64,000 bases of DNA from an uncultured archaeon (GTDB lineage: Archaea; Iainarchaeota; Iainarchaeia; Iainarchaeales; JAAZKV01). Positions 38,278 to 46,883 of the stretch are shown here, piece by piece. The notes under the pieces are model-generated. The model made no database searches. It was not told the DNA's origin and was given only the letters and a program-made list of their open reading frames with translations. Location: the NCBI GenBank assembly GCA_964534045.1, contig CAZHNO010000001.1:1786-65785 (forward strand), given 5' to 3'. Both the position numbers and the translations under genes were made by a program. The first letter of the stretch is position 1. The number at the start of each line of letters is the position of its first letter.

Positions 38278-38712
38278 ATGGAAAGAGTTAATAAAAAAAG
38301 TTTAGTTTATTCCACCATTTCAACGATCATTATTTCAATTTTATTAACCACCCTATCCCTAGTTTTTAATGAAAACTTTTTATTTATACCAGCCCAAATA
38401 TTCCTTTTGTTTGTTGGTTTTTACTTTTTATATTTCATAGTATTTGACTCTTTTGGCAAGGAAAATTCATTTATTTGCCAACTTACAAAAGAAGAAAAAC
38501 AATTTTTAAATAAAAAGAAAAATCCAAGACTTTTTTTATTTAATCAAAGCTTTATATTTTTAATTGGATTATTTTTAATACTTGCAGCAATTACTTCAGT
38601 TATTTTTAACTTTTTATTAATCCCACTAGTAGTTTTGGCTGGAATTTTATACATAGTTTGGTATTTTGTTTTAATTTATAATGATTTTGACTTGCCCTTT
38701 GGAGCTAATTAA
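38278..38712 (+). CDS. 4-TM membrane protein
   Basis: Four hydrophobic segments. Confidence 0.55.
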   Translation: MERVNKKSLVYSTISTIIISILLTTLSLVFNENFLFIPAQIFLLFVGFYFLYFIVFDSFGKENSFICQLTKEEKQFLNKKKNPRLFLFNQSFIFLIGLFLILAAITSVIFNFLLIPLVVLAGILYIVWYFVLIYNDFDLPFGAN

Positions 38713-38740
38713 ACAAAAAAAGAAAACATTTAATTCAACC

Positions 38741-38822
38741 AACCCAAACTTTAAATACTTCACAGCCACTCCTAGTGTAATTGTTGACTACTGAAAAGAA
38801 AACTGATTCTAAAAAAATTAAT
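38741..38822 (+). repeat. Decayed promoter/5'-end repeat copy
   Basis: ACCCAAACTTTAAATACTTCACAGCCACT...TTGTTGACTACTGAAAA.AAAACTGATTCTAAAAAA. Confidence 0.75.
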
Positions 38823-39211
38823 ATGCCTAAACCTTGACATTTAACAACATTTTTCTCAAAAAGACAACCATTATAACAATAATTCCAACAATAAAACCAA
38901 GATTAACAGCAGTTGCAATTTCATTTACTTGTCCTGTTACATCAATGCACATCCAAGCATCGTGGTATTCTCCACCAACTTTACAAGTCAAACTTTGACC
39001 AAAAATTGCTGACATTACTGCTGAATTAAAAACTAAAATAAAAATAAGAACTACAACAATAACAATCATTGCTAAAAGAACTTTTGGATTCTTTTGCAAA
39101 AACACTAAAAATGGAGCCTGCATAACTAAATTTAATTTTAAAGTATTTAAACCTTTTTAAAACTCTCTGGCACCCAAACTTTAAATACTTCCCAGCCACT
39201 ATATACCTAAG
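38803..39211. repeat. About 410-bp near-identical direct repeat, copy 1 (copy 2 at 42006-42414)
   Basis: Same sequence at offset 3203, with a handful of mismatches seen by eye. Confidence 0.92.
38827..39123 (-). CDS. Small 2-TM protein with a Cys-bounded loop, copy 1
   Basis: 98 aa; differs from 42030-42326 by one residue (V/A). Confidence 0.7.
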   Translation of the reverse strand: MQAPFLVFLQKNPKVLLAMIVIVVVLIFILVFNSAVMSAIFGQSLTCKVGGEYHDAWMCIDVTGQVNEIATAVNLGFIVGIIVIMVVFLRKMLLNVKV

Positions 39212-39359
39212 AGTAAAAGTTGACGGAAAAGATTGATACACAAGGCGATGAAAACAAATTATCCAATACTCATTCTGCGCAAAAATGTTGTTTTGGTTTT
39301 AACCTAACAAATTAAAAAGAATAAAAACCTTAACTAATCAGAGTTTTATTGGTGGTTTA

Positions 39360-39935
39360 GTGAAAATTAAGTTATGGTTGATTATTTTATTGTTTGCACT
39401 TATATTGTTTGCTTTTGGGTGCACATATTCAGGTGGGGGGAGCACCGACGTTAATAATATAGACGCCAGTAGAATTAACTTTTGTTCTGTAGATAGCGAT
39501 TGTACTTATATTTGGTACACTGGTGGGTGTAATAATCACAAAATTGTCGATATAATTAATGCAGAAAATGAAAAGAAAGGAATTATGATAGCTGCTGTAG
39601 AGCCAATAGATGGCAATGTATCCTGCACTTGCGAACAAGTAAGCGCAGAACTAAAACTTTGTCAAACACATGTTAAAGAGATTGATTCCTGCACAACAGA
39701 TGAAGATTGTATACTTGTTCAAAATGGATGCTGTGGATGCTCAGCTGGTGGCAGCAACACATCGATAAATAAAAAATACATGTTTTTCTGGAATAGAGAA
39801 ATTCTTGGTAGTAAATGCACTTCAGTAATGTGCCCAGCGGTAATGAGTAATGACTATACTTGCCATGGGCAAGTAACACCACATTGCACAGTTGAAAACA
39901 AATGTGTGTTGTCCCCACCACTACTTTATGAATAA
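39360..39935 (+). CDS. Cys-rich putative lipoprotein
   Basis: FGC lipobox-like segment; two C-x-x-D-x-D-C modules. Confidence 0.65.
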   Translation: MKIKLWLIILLFALILFAFGCTYSGGGSTDVNNIDASRINFCSVDSDCTYIWYTGGCNNHKIVDIINAENEKKGIMIAAVEPIDGNVSCTCEQVSAELKLCQTHVKEIDSCTTDEDCILVQNGCCGCSAGGSNTSINKKYMFFWNREILGSKCTSVMCPAVMSNDYTCHGQVTPHCTVENKCVLSPPLLYE

Positions 39936-40009
39936 TTACTTTGAGCCCTTCAGAAAATTTTTAAATAAACCATCCCCCACAAAACTCTTTTATATCCGCC
40001 CGCTTATTT

Positions 40010-40309
40010 ATGTCTACGGGAGATGATTGGATGAGTAGGAAACAAAAAGCAAGAAATGTTTACCAGCGTTCTTGTAAAGATTGGGAAGCGACTAAGTTTG
40101 CAATTATTGTAGCTTTTGTTTTTGCATTTATTATAACCTTTCCTTTGTATTTTTTTGACATCATTGGAGGACTCACTGCTCTTTTGATAGGAGCACTTAG
40201 CCTTTTGTTTTTTACTGCATTAATATCAATATTATTAATCACTCTTGAGGAAAGTCTTGAAAAAGATTTATTTCCTAAAAAGAAGTTAAAAAAATTTTCC
40301 AAAAAGTAG
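40010..40309 (+). CDS. Small 2-TM membrane protein
   Basis: Two hydrophobic helices, basic tail. Confidence 0.5.
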   Translation: MSTGDDWMSRKQKARNVYQRSCKDWEATKFAIIVAFVFAFIITFPLYFFDIIGGLTALLIGALSLLFFTALISILLITLEESLEKDLFPKKKLKKFSKK

Positions 40310-40324
40310 CTTTTAGCTTATAGA

Positions 40325-40630
40325 CTAATTTCCACGTCTCGCTGTTGTAATAAAAATTTTTCTCATTGCAAAAATTAACACAGAAATAATGCCCCCAATT
40401 AAAACCCAATTAACAATTGTTGCTTCGCCATTCATTTGTCCTGAATTATCAACACACTTCCAACTAGAATTTTCTACTTCTCCATTTCCGCAAGTTAAAT
40501 CCTGCCCAAAAACCATTGATAATAAGGCTGAATTACAAATCATAAACGCTAATAGTAAGACAACCACTGCAACAAATACCAAAACTATTTTCCAATCTCT
40601 ACGAAGAAACTCTAAAAATGACAATCCCAT
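40325..40630 (-). CDS. Diverged paralogue of the 98-aa 2-TM protein
   Basis: NSA..S..FGQ.LTC...W.C.D..GQ.N..AT.VN shared; same upstream DNA. Confidence 0.7.
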   Translation of the reverse strand: MGLSFLEFLRRDWKIVLVFVAVVVLLLAFMICNSALLSMVFGQDLTCGNGEVENSSWKCVDNSGQMNGEATIVNWVLIGGIISVLIFAMRKIFITTARRGN

Positions 40631-40634
40631 TAAT

Positions 40635-40725
40635 TAAATTTAATTTTTTAGTATTTAAACCTTTTTAAAACTCTCTTGCCCCCAAACTTTATATACAACC
40701 CCTCACTTGTCTGGAGATTGTTGAA
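40635..40725 (+). repeat. Diverged copy of the divergent promoter repeat
   Basis: TAAATTTAATTTT..AGTATTTAAACCTTTTTAAAACTCTCT.GC.CCCAAACTTTA.ATAC...TTGTTGA.TAC. Confidence 0.7.
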
Positions 40726-40731
40726 TACAAT

Positions 40732-41928
40732 TTAATTATCTAGTAGTCCGCCCCACTCAACAACAGTGAATCCTTTTCTTTCAAATGGTGTGATTTGTGG
40801 TTCTTCAATTTGAATTGGTTTATCAAGTGGTTTAAAATAAAATATTAATCGTAAAATTGAATCTGGTTTTGGGTTTATGTTCAAACTTAAATTCTTTTCC
40901 AAAAAGTCGTTTGAAAATAATTTAATTTCATAATATTTAGAATCATTTAAGTGTTCAAGCCAGTATTCTTTAAAATCATTAATTTCTTTTGTATTCATTC
41001 CCATTTCTTTTAATTTTATATCAAACCATTCTGGCAAATTGTCTTTCTTAACTATCCATCCCTTGTTTGATAAATTATAATTGTTAGTAAACAATTTCAT
41101 TTCATAAAATAAGTAATCATACTTGTTGTCAATAAGACCATTCTTTTCAACAAAAACATTCCACCCATTGTTATATGCTGGAATTGTTTGTGTGAACACT
41201 CCATTTAAACCTAAGTTAACTTGCACTTGAGTATCAGTTTCAGGATATAGATAAATTGCTGGTTTAGCAATAACTGGCATAGTAACAAATCCTAAAAATA
41301 AAAAAGCTAATACAAGTAAAACAACCAGAATTAATGCGGTTTTAGATTTTCCTTTTTTGGATAATTTGATAAACCCAAATAGAAGCAATCCAATAAAGAC
41401 AATTAGTCCAATCACCATTAAATCAGCAATTTGTGTAAATCCAACGGAAGGTCCCACATAAGGCATATTTCCTCTTTCAAATATAATTACACAACATGGT
41501 TCAAATCCACACCAGTCAGTTGGCTCATATTCCATAACTATACTTTTATTATCAATTACTTGCGATAGTTCCTCTCCTGTTTGTTCACACATTATTTGTG
41601 CCTTTACAGCAATACTTGTACTTATATTATTTTTAATAAAAAAACTGTCTTCATTTATACCAGTTTTTAACATTTCATTATTGTAAAAATCACCAGCATA
41701 AAAAATAATTGACCTTGAATCAAAACCAATGTTTTCAAAATAAGAACTTTGTATTACATCTCCTGGTTCAAGAATAAAAATTGGGGTTTTAGTATAACCC
41801 CCACCCCGAACAGCAGATAATGAATTGGAAAGAGTACTTCTAACAACATCTCCTGTCGGGGATAATACGCCAAAAACACCAGAAAATAAAAGTACAAATA
41901 TTATACTGATAATAAATAATTTTTTCAT
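40732..41928 (-). CDS. Secreted/membrane protein with KPxIYLYP...VVEWGG domain
   Basis: Signal peptide, two central TM helices, KPAIYLYP, YLFYE, VVEWGG. Confidence 0.65.
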   Translation of the reverse strand: MKKLFIISIIFVLLFSGVFGVLSPTGDVVRSTLSNSLSAVRGGGYTKTPIFILEPGDVIQSSYFENIGFDSRSIIFYAGDFYNNEMLKTGINEDSFFIKNNISTSIAVKAQIMCEQTGEELSQVIDNKSIVMEYEPTDWCGFEPCCVIIFERGNMPYVGPSVGFTQIADLMVIGLIVFIGLLLFGFIKLSKKGKSKTALILVVLLVLAFLFLGFVTMPVIAKPAIYLYPETDTQVQVNLGLNGVFTQTIPAYNNGWNVFVEKNGLIDNKYDYLFYEMKLFTNNYNLSNKGWIVKKDNLPEWFDIKLKEMGMNTKEINDFKEYWLEHLNDSKYYEIKLFSNDFLEKNLSLNINPKPDSILRLIFYFKPLDKPIQIEEPQITPFERKGFTVVEWGGLLDN

Positions 41929-42005
41929 AAAGCTATCAAATTAGAGGTTTTTTCTTTAAAAATATATCTAAGGGACATGATTGACTACAAATAATGATTC
42001 CGAAG

Positions 42006-42414
42006 CTGATTCTAAAAAAATTAATATGCCTAAACCTTGGCATTTAGCAACATTTTTCTCAAAAAGACAACCATTATAACAATAATTCCAACAATAAAAC
42101 CAAGATTAACAGCAGTTGCAATTTCATTTACTTGTCCTGTTACATCAATGCACATCCAAGCATCGTGGTATTCTCCACCAACTTTACAAGTCAAACTTTG
42201 ACCAAAAATTGCTGACATTACTGCTGAATTAAAAACTAAAATAAAAATAAGAACTACAACAATAACAATCATTGCTAAAAGAACTTTTGGATTCTTTTGC
42301 AAAAACACTAAAAATGGAGCCTGCATAACTAAATTTAATTTTAAAGTATTTAAACCTTTTTAAAACTCTCTGGCACCCAAACTTTAAATACTTCACAGAT
42401 ACTATATACCTAAG
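42006..42414. repeat. About 410-bp near-identical direct repeat, copy 2
   Basis: Matches 38803-39211. Confidence 0.92.
42030..42326 (-). CDS. Small 2-TM protein with a Cys-bounded loop, copy 2
   Basis: Duplicate of 38827-39123. Confidence 0.7.
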   Translation of the reverse strand: MQAPFLVFLQKNPKVLLAMIVIVVVLIFILVFNSAVMSAIFGQSLTCKVGGEYHDAWMCIDVTGQVNEIATAVNLGFIVGIIVIMVVFLRKMLLNAKV

Positions 42415-42419
42415 GGAGT

Positions 42420-43808
42420 TTGTTGACGAAAACTACTGAAAATAAAACTAATTCTGAAAAAGATAATAACTCTAAATACGATGTCTTGATTATTGGCGCA
42501 GGCCCAGCAGGCATATTCGCAGCTTATGAACTAGCAAAATCTTCTAAGAAAAGAGTTTTAGTAATAGAGAAAGGAAACCTAATAGAAAATAGACAAAAGT
42601 GTGAAGTGATGACGGGTTTTGGTGGAGCGGGAACTTTTTCTGATGGAAAGTTGCATTTTACTCCTGTTCTTTCTCATGAAAAGATGTTTCATCTATACGG
42701 CAAGGAAGAGTATCAGAATTTGATTGATTATGTGGAAAAAATTTTGTTGGATTTTGGTGTTCCTCCGGAGTATTATCCCAAGGATAATGATAAGGTTAAT
42801 GATTTAGTGGAAGAGGCAAAAAAACATAATATTAAGTTGTATGTGAGAAAAACAATTCATGTTGGCAGTGATAGGTTACCAAAAATAATGAAAAATTTTC
42901 AAAACTATTTATTAGAAAATAATATTGAAATTTTGCCTAAAACAGAGGTAAAGGATTTGGTAATAAATAATAACAAAATTGAAGGAGTGTTGTTAGCAAA
43001 TAACGAAATTATTAGAGCAGAGAAAGTAATTTGTGCTCCAGGAAGATATAATGCTAAGTGGATGCAAACTATTGCAGAGAAACATGGTTTGGGAGAAGTT
43101 TTTGAAAAAGTAGAGGTTGGAGTAAGAGTAGAGTTTCCTTCTGAAGTATTGAAAAAACACGCTGAAGAAATGTATGAAACAATTTTTTCTATGTATACGC
43201 CTACATATGATGATGTGATTAGAACTTTTTGTCCTTGTCCAAATGGGCATGTGGCAATAGAAAAATATGATGATTTTGTTTGTGTTAATGGACACTCAAA
43301 TCACTTCCATGATTCTAATAATAGTAATTTTGCTTTTGTTACAGAAATTACTTTAACAGAGCCTTTGGAAAGCACTAGAGCTTATGCTACTTTTTTAGCA
43401 CAAGGAGTAACTTTGTTAGGTTCAGGAAAACCTATTGTTCAAAGGTTAAAGGATTTGAAAAAAGGAAGGAGAAGCACGAAGGAAAGGATTGAAAGAGCAC
43501 ATATTTTGCCGAGCTTAAAAGAAGCTGTGCCGGGAGATATAGGGATGAGCATGCCTTATAGGGTTGTAAAAAATATTATTGAAGGAATTGAAATGTTGGA
43601 TAAGATTTTACCTGGTTTAAACGCAGATTCAACATTTTTGTATGCTCCAGAGGTTAAATTTCGTTCAAATAAAATCAAAACAAATAAACACTTAGAAACT
43701 GATATAAAAAATCTTTATGTTGCTGGAGATGGTGCAGGAGTTGCAGGGAATATTGTTGGGGCTGCAATTACTGGGGTAATTGCTGCGAGAGGGATTATTG
43801 ACAATTGA
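42420..43808 (+). CDS. FAD-dependent oxidoreductase (uncharacterised FAD-dependent dehydrogenase family)
   Basis: IIGAGPAG, GFGGAGTFSDGKL, RTFCPCPNG, VNGHS, YAPEVKF, AGDGAG. Confidence 0.88.
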   Translation: MLTKTTENKTNSEKDNNSKYDVLIIGAGPAGIFAAYELAKSSKKRVLVIEKGNLIENRQKCEVMTGFGGAGTFSDGKLHFTPVLSHEKMFHLYGKEEYQNLIDYVEKILLDFGVPPEYYPKDNDKVNDLVEEAKKHNIKLYVRKTIHVGSDRLPKIMKNFQNYLLENNIEILPKTEVKDLVINNNKIEGVLLANNEIIRAEKVICAPGRYNAKWMQTIAEKHGLGEVFEKVEVGVRVEFPSEVLKKHAEEMYETIFSMYTPTYDDVIRTFCPCPNGHVAIEKYDDFVCVNGHSNHFHDSNNSNFAFVTEITLTEPLESTRAYATFLAQGVTLLGSGKPIVQRLKDLKKGRRSTKERIERAHILPSLKEAVPGDIGMSMPYRVVKNIIEGIEMLDKILPGLNADSTFLYAPEVKFRSNKIKTNKHLETDIKNLYVAGDGAGVAGNIVGAAITGVIAARGIIDN

Positions 43809-43857
43809 CGAACTCTTGCTTAGTTTTTTAAATCTCACAAAATGAAATTTTCTTATG
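43803..43857 (+). repeat. Direct repeat overlapping the oxidoreductase stop codon (second copy 44759-44812)
   Basis: Exact 20-mer AATTGACGAACTCTTGCTTA in both copies, plus looser similarity for about 30 more bp. Confidence 0.8.
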
Positions 43858-44460
43858 TTTTTTCATAAGAAAGATAGTTTTTTAAAAACAATAATGCTTA
43901 TCTTGTCTAATAACCACCCTACCATTGCAACAGCAACGGTAGGATTATCTAATAAAATTTTTATTTTCATTGATGGAAGTAATTTTTATCATTCTTTAGT
44001 CAGTAGTTTTGGGACTGCAAAGATTGATTTAGAACTATTTTGCAAAACAATTTCTCAAAGTGGAGAATTAATACGAATAAATTATTACACTTCCCCCGTG
44101 TCAAGATTTGACAATTCTGAAGCTTATAAGTCACAACAAAAGTTTTTTGAAAAAATTAAAGAGATTAAGCTTTTGAATCTTTTTCTTGGAAGATTAGAAA
44201 AACATGGAAATGCAAGAATTGAAAAGGGAGTGGATGTAAAAATAGCAACAGATTTAATTTCTGGTGCATACAATAACAAATTTGATGTTGCAATTATTGT
44301 TTCAAATGATTCTGATTTTGTGCCAGCAATAGAAGAGGTGCAAAACATTGGGAAACAAGTTTGGAACATTAATATTCAAAAGAGAAAATCTTACCATTTA
44401 AACAAGATTTGTGATAAAACAATTACAATAAATAGTATTGAAAAGTTTTTGATAAAATAG
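43855..44460 (+). CDS. NYN domain (LabA/DUF88, PIN-like) nuclease
   Basis: IFIDGSNFY, EKGVDVKIATD, VSNDSDFVP. Confidence 0.88.
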   Translation: MFFHKKDSFLKTIMLILSNNHPTIATATVGLSNKIFIFIDGSNFYHSLVSSFGTAKIDLELFCKTISQSGELIRINYYTSPVSRFDNSEAYKSQQKFFEKIKEIKLLNLFLGRLEKHGNARIEKGVDVKIATDLISGAYNNKFDVAIIVSNDSDFVPAIEEVQNIGKQVWNINIQKRKSYHLNKICDKTITINSIEKFLIK

Positions 44461-44461
44461 T

Positions 44462-44710
44462 TTACTTTAACAAATCATTGATTTCTCTTAAGTCAATTGG
44501 TTTTTTTGACAATTCTCTCCTTACATTTCTTATTTGAGAAACAGAATTTTTTTTATCTACAATCAAACCTAAATATTCATCAAATAATAAACCACGCAAG
44601 GATTGCCTTATTGCATCTGAACGATTTAGGTAAGAACCATTATTAACTAAAGTATCAATTTGTTTTACAAGTTTTTTTGGAAGTCTCGCTTGAACAATAG
44701 TGGTTTCCAT
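44462..44710 (-). CDS. Ribbon-helix-helix (CopG/ParD-like) protein
   Basis: VQARLP..L...ID.LV..G.Y.NRSDAIR. Confidence 0.82.
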   Translation of the reverse strand: METTIVQARLPKKLVKQIDTLVNNGSYLNRSDAIRQSLRGLLFDEYLGLIVDKKNSVSQIRNVRRELSKKPIDLREINDLLK

Positions 44711-44758
44711 ATGTATTACTATTGTATGACAAAGTATTTAAGCATTAACCTTATCATA

Positions 44759-44812
44759 AATTGACGAACTCTTGCTTAAATTTAAAAACTCAAAGAAATT
44801 AATTTCTAAATG
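44759..44812 (+). repeat. Second copy of the 43803 direct repeat
   Basis: AATTGACGAACTCTTGCTTA. Confidence 0.8.
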
Positions 44813-45070
44813 AAATTAGAAAGACTTATATTCTATAGTGTTCTATATCTTACTATGGCTACAACGATACAAGTTAGTGCAGAACTAAAAAATCAATTGG
44901 AAAAGAGGAAAATGCGTTCTGAATCTTATGAAGATGTTATTTGGGATTTGTTAGAGGACACTATGGAATTAAGTGAAGAAACTAAAAGAAAAATTAAAAT
45001 TGCTGAAAAACAAATTGCTAGAGGCGAAGTTTATACCCTTGAAGAAGTCAAAAAAGAGTTGGGGTTATAA
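44810..45070 (+). CDS. Antitoxin (archaeal RelB-like); likely start ATG 44855
   Basis: MATTIQVS..LK..L...K...ESYEDVI...TLEEVKKELGL, directly upstream of RelE. Confidence 0.78.
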   Translation: MKLERLIFYSVLYLTMATTIQVSAELKNQLEKRKMRSESYEDVIWDLLEDTMELSEETKRKIKIAEKQIARGEVYTLEEVKKELGL

Positions 45071-45325
45071 ATGTATGAAGTAACTTTATCTAAAGATGCT
45101 AAAAAATCCCTAAACAAACTTAACAAAATAGATAGTGAACGAATTATTTCGGTTTTAGAGCGGATTAGAATACGCCCACATGTTTTTGTAAAAAAACTTG
45201 TTGGAGTGAAGTATTTCTCAGCAAGAGCTGGAAAATATAGAATTATTTTAGACATTCAAGAAAATAAACTAATTATTTTTGTTATTGAAATTGGACATAG
45301 AAAAAATATTTACAAAACTTTGTAA
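45071..45325 (+). CDS. relE: RelE/ParE family toxin
   Basis: YEV.LS..A.K.L, KKLVG, RAGKYRII, IGHRKNIY. Confidence 0.88.
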   Translation: MYEVTLSKDAKKSLNKLNKIDSERIISVLERIRIRPHVFVKKLVGVKYFSARAGKYRIILDIQENKLIIFVIEIGHRKNIYKTL

Positions 45326-45340
45326 AAATAAAATAAGCCC

Positions 45341-45862
45341 TTAATTAAAAGCACAATACAAATGCCAAAAAATGATTGCAAATACTGAAAACTTTTGAAG
45401 AACAGGGATTTGTAATAAAATATAAGCTAATATTATTAGCAAAGCAATTACTGAGATAATTATTTTCTTATTAGTAATTTTTTTATCCACAATTTTCTTG
45501 TTTTTTGATTTTAACAAATCAATTATTATTAAAATAAAAGAAAATACAAAAAATATCCCAGCAGAAATATAATGCTCAAAAGAAAAGGTTAATGGAAAGA
45601 AACCAACTAAAAACAAGCCAATTGATGAAATTAATGAAATAAAAAGAATTTTCTTATCTTTGAAAGAAAAGAAAAAATAAATTGCTAAGAAAATTGCTGT
45701 GAGCATTAATCCATAATTAAAAAAAATTGCTCCATTCCCAACTCCTAAATCACTAAAATTTTGTTCAAAAAATTTGTAACCTTCATAAGAATAAATAGAA
45801 ATTGTTGTTGTTAAAATAAATAAAATGAATGCTAAAATTCCAAATATTTTTTTTAATTCCAT
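45341..45862 (-). CDS. DUF998-like membrane protein
   Basis: FSDLG, FFNYGL, LVGFFP, H...A..FF. Confidence 0.65.
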   Translation of the reverse strand: MELKKIFGILAFILFILTTTISIYSYEGYKFFEQNFSDLGVGNGAIFFNYGLMLTAIFLAIYFFFSFKDKKILFISLISSIGLFLVGFFPLTFSFEHYISAGIFFVFSFILIIIDLLKSKNKKIVDKKITNKKIIISVIALLIILAYILLQIPVLQKFSVFAIIFWHLYCAFN

Positions 45863-45951
45863 ACACTTAATAAGTTTTTAGAGAATAAAAAAGAATTTGT
45901 TTTAATAAAAAAGCAATTTTTTAGTTTTTGAGTAATAAAAAAGAATTTGTT

Positions 45952-46326
45952 TTAGTAAAAAGCTAATTTTAGTGTGAAGTTTTGTGTTGCTCTTCCTTTT
46001 ACTAATGTTCCCATAACAGGGTTTTTTTCATTAGTACATATTTTTAGTGTTCCGTGCAAATCATTACAAGCTAAAATAAATTGTCCTGAAACTGAACGAA
46101 TTTCTTTTTCAACAAAATCAGCTTTTCTATAAGAGTTTCCTGAAAAATAATTAATTGTAATATCCCTAATTTTTCCATTACATTCTTCTACTAAAACTTT
46201 GTTCAATTTGTTTTCTATCATTGCTGATTTTAAGCAATCATAAATAGAATCATTTTCATCAAAAATAAGTGTTAATTGTTTTTTTCTAATCGGTTCTTTA
46301 ATTATAACAGCATCAAGGGAAGGCAT
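45952..46326 (-). CDS. PPC/DUF296-like domain protein
   Basis: EIRSVSG...LHG...GTLVKG pattern. Confidence 0.45.
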   Translation of the reverse strand: MPSLDAVIIKEPIRKKQLTLIFDENDSIYDCLKSAMIENKLNKVLVEECNGKIRDITINYFSGNSYRKADFVEKEIRSVSGQFILACNDLHGTLKICTNEKNPVMGTLVKGRATQNFTLKLAFY

Positions 46327-46424
46327 ACCTTATGGTAAAGATGATTAGCTTAAAAAGCATGATGTAAAATTTATAAAAAAAATAAAAAAATAACTTTTAA
46401 TTAAGAATTAACCCAAATTTTACT

Positions 46425-46853
46425 ATGAGATTATGGTCATTACACCCAAAATACCTTGATCATAAGGGCTTGGTTGCTGTTTGGAGAGAAGCTTTGCTGG
46501 CAAAGAAGGTTTTACAAGGAAAAACAAAAGGATATACAAAACATCCACAATTAGAAAGGTTTAGAGCTTATAGTGAGCCATTAAAGGCAATTGACACTTA
46601 TTTATATTATATTTATTTAGAAGCTTGTGAAAGAGATTATAATTTTGATAAAAAGAAGTGCAAAAATCACAATTTAAAAAAAGTGATTAGGGTTAATAGC
46701 GAACAGATAGAATATGAATTTAATCACTTAAATAAAAAGCTTCAGATTAGAGATATAAAAAAATTTAAGGAATTAAAAGAAATGAAAAAGATTGAAGTGA
46801 ATCCAATTTTCAAAATTACTAAAGGAAAAGTTGAAAGTTGGGAGAAAAAGTAG
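46425..46853 (+). CDS. Pyrimidine dimer DNA glycosylase/endonuclease V-like protein
   Basis: MRLWSLHPKYLD..GLVAVWRE.LLA..VL.G.TKGY..HPQL.RF. Confidence 0.82.
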   Translation: MRLWSLHPKYLDHKGLVAVWREALLAKKVLQGKTKGYTKHPQLERFRAYSEPLKAIDTYLYYIYLEACERDYNFDKKKCKNHNLKKVIRVNSEQIEYEFNHLNKKLQIRDIKKFKELKEMKKIEVNPIFKITKGKVESWEKK

Positions 46854-46883
46854 CTTTATTAATTTTAAAATAGTTGTTATTTT

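Noticed and set aside
38007-42470. Repeat array as CRISPR, classical integron attC array or IS element
   Set aside because: Repeats are degenerate, hundreds of bp apart and not attC-like palindromes; no integrase or transposase in the window.
45884-45960. Short direct repeat AATAAAAAAGAATTTGTTTTA
   Set aside because: AT-rich local duplication at a gene end; no further structure.
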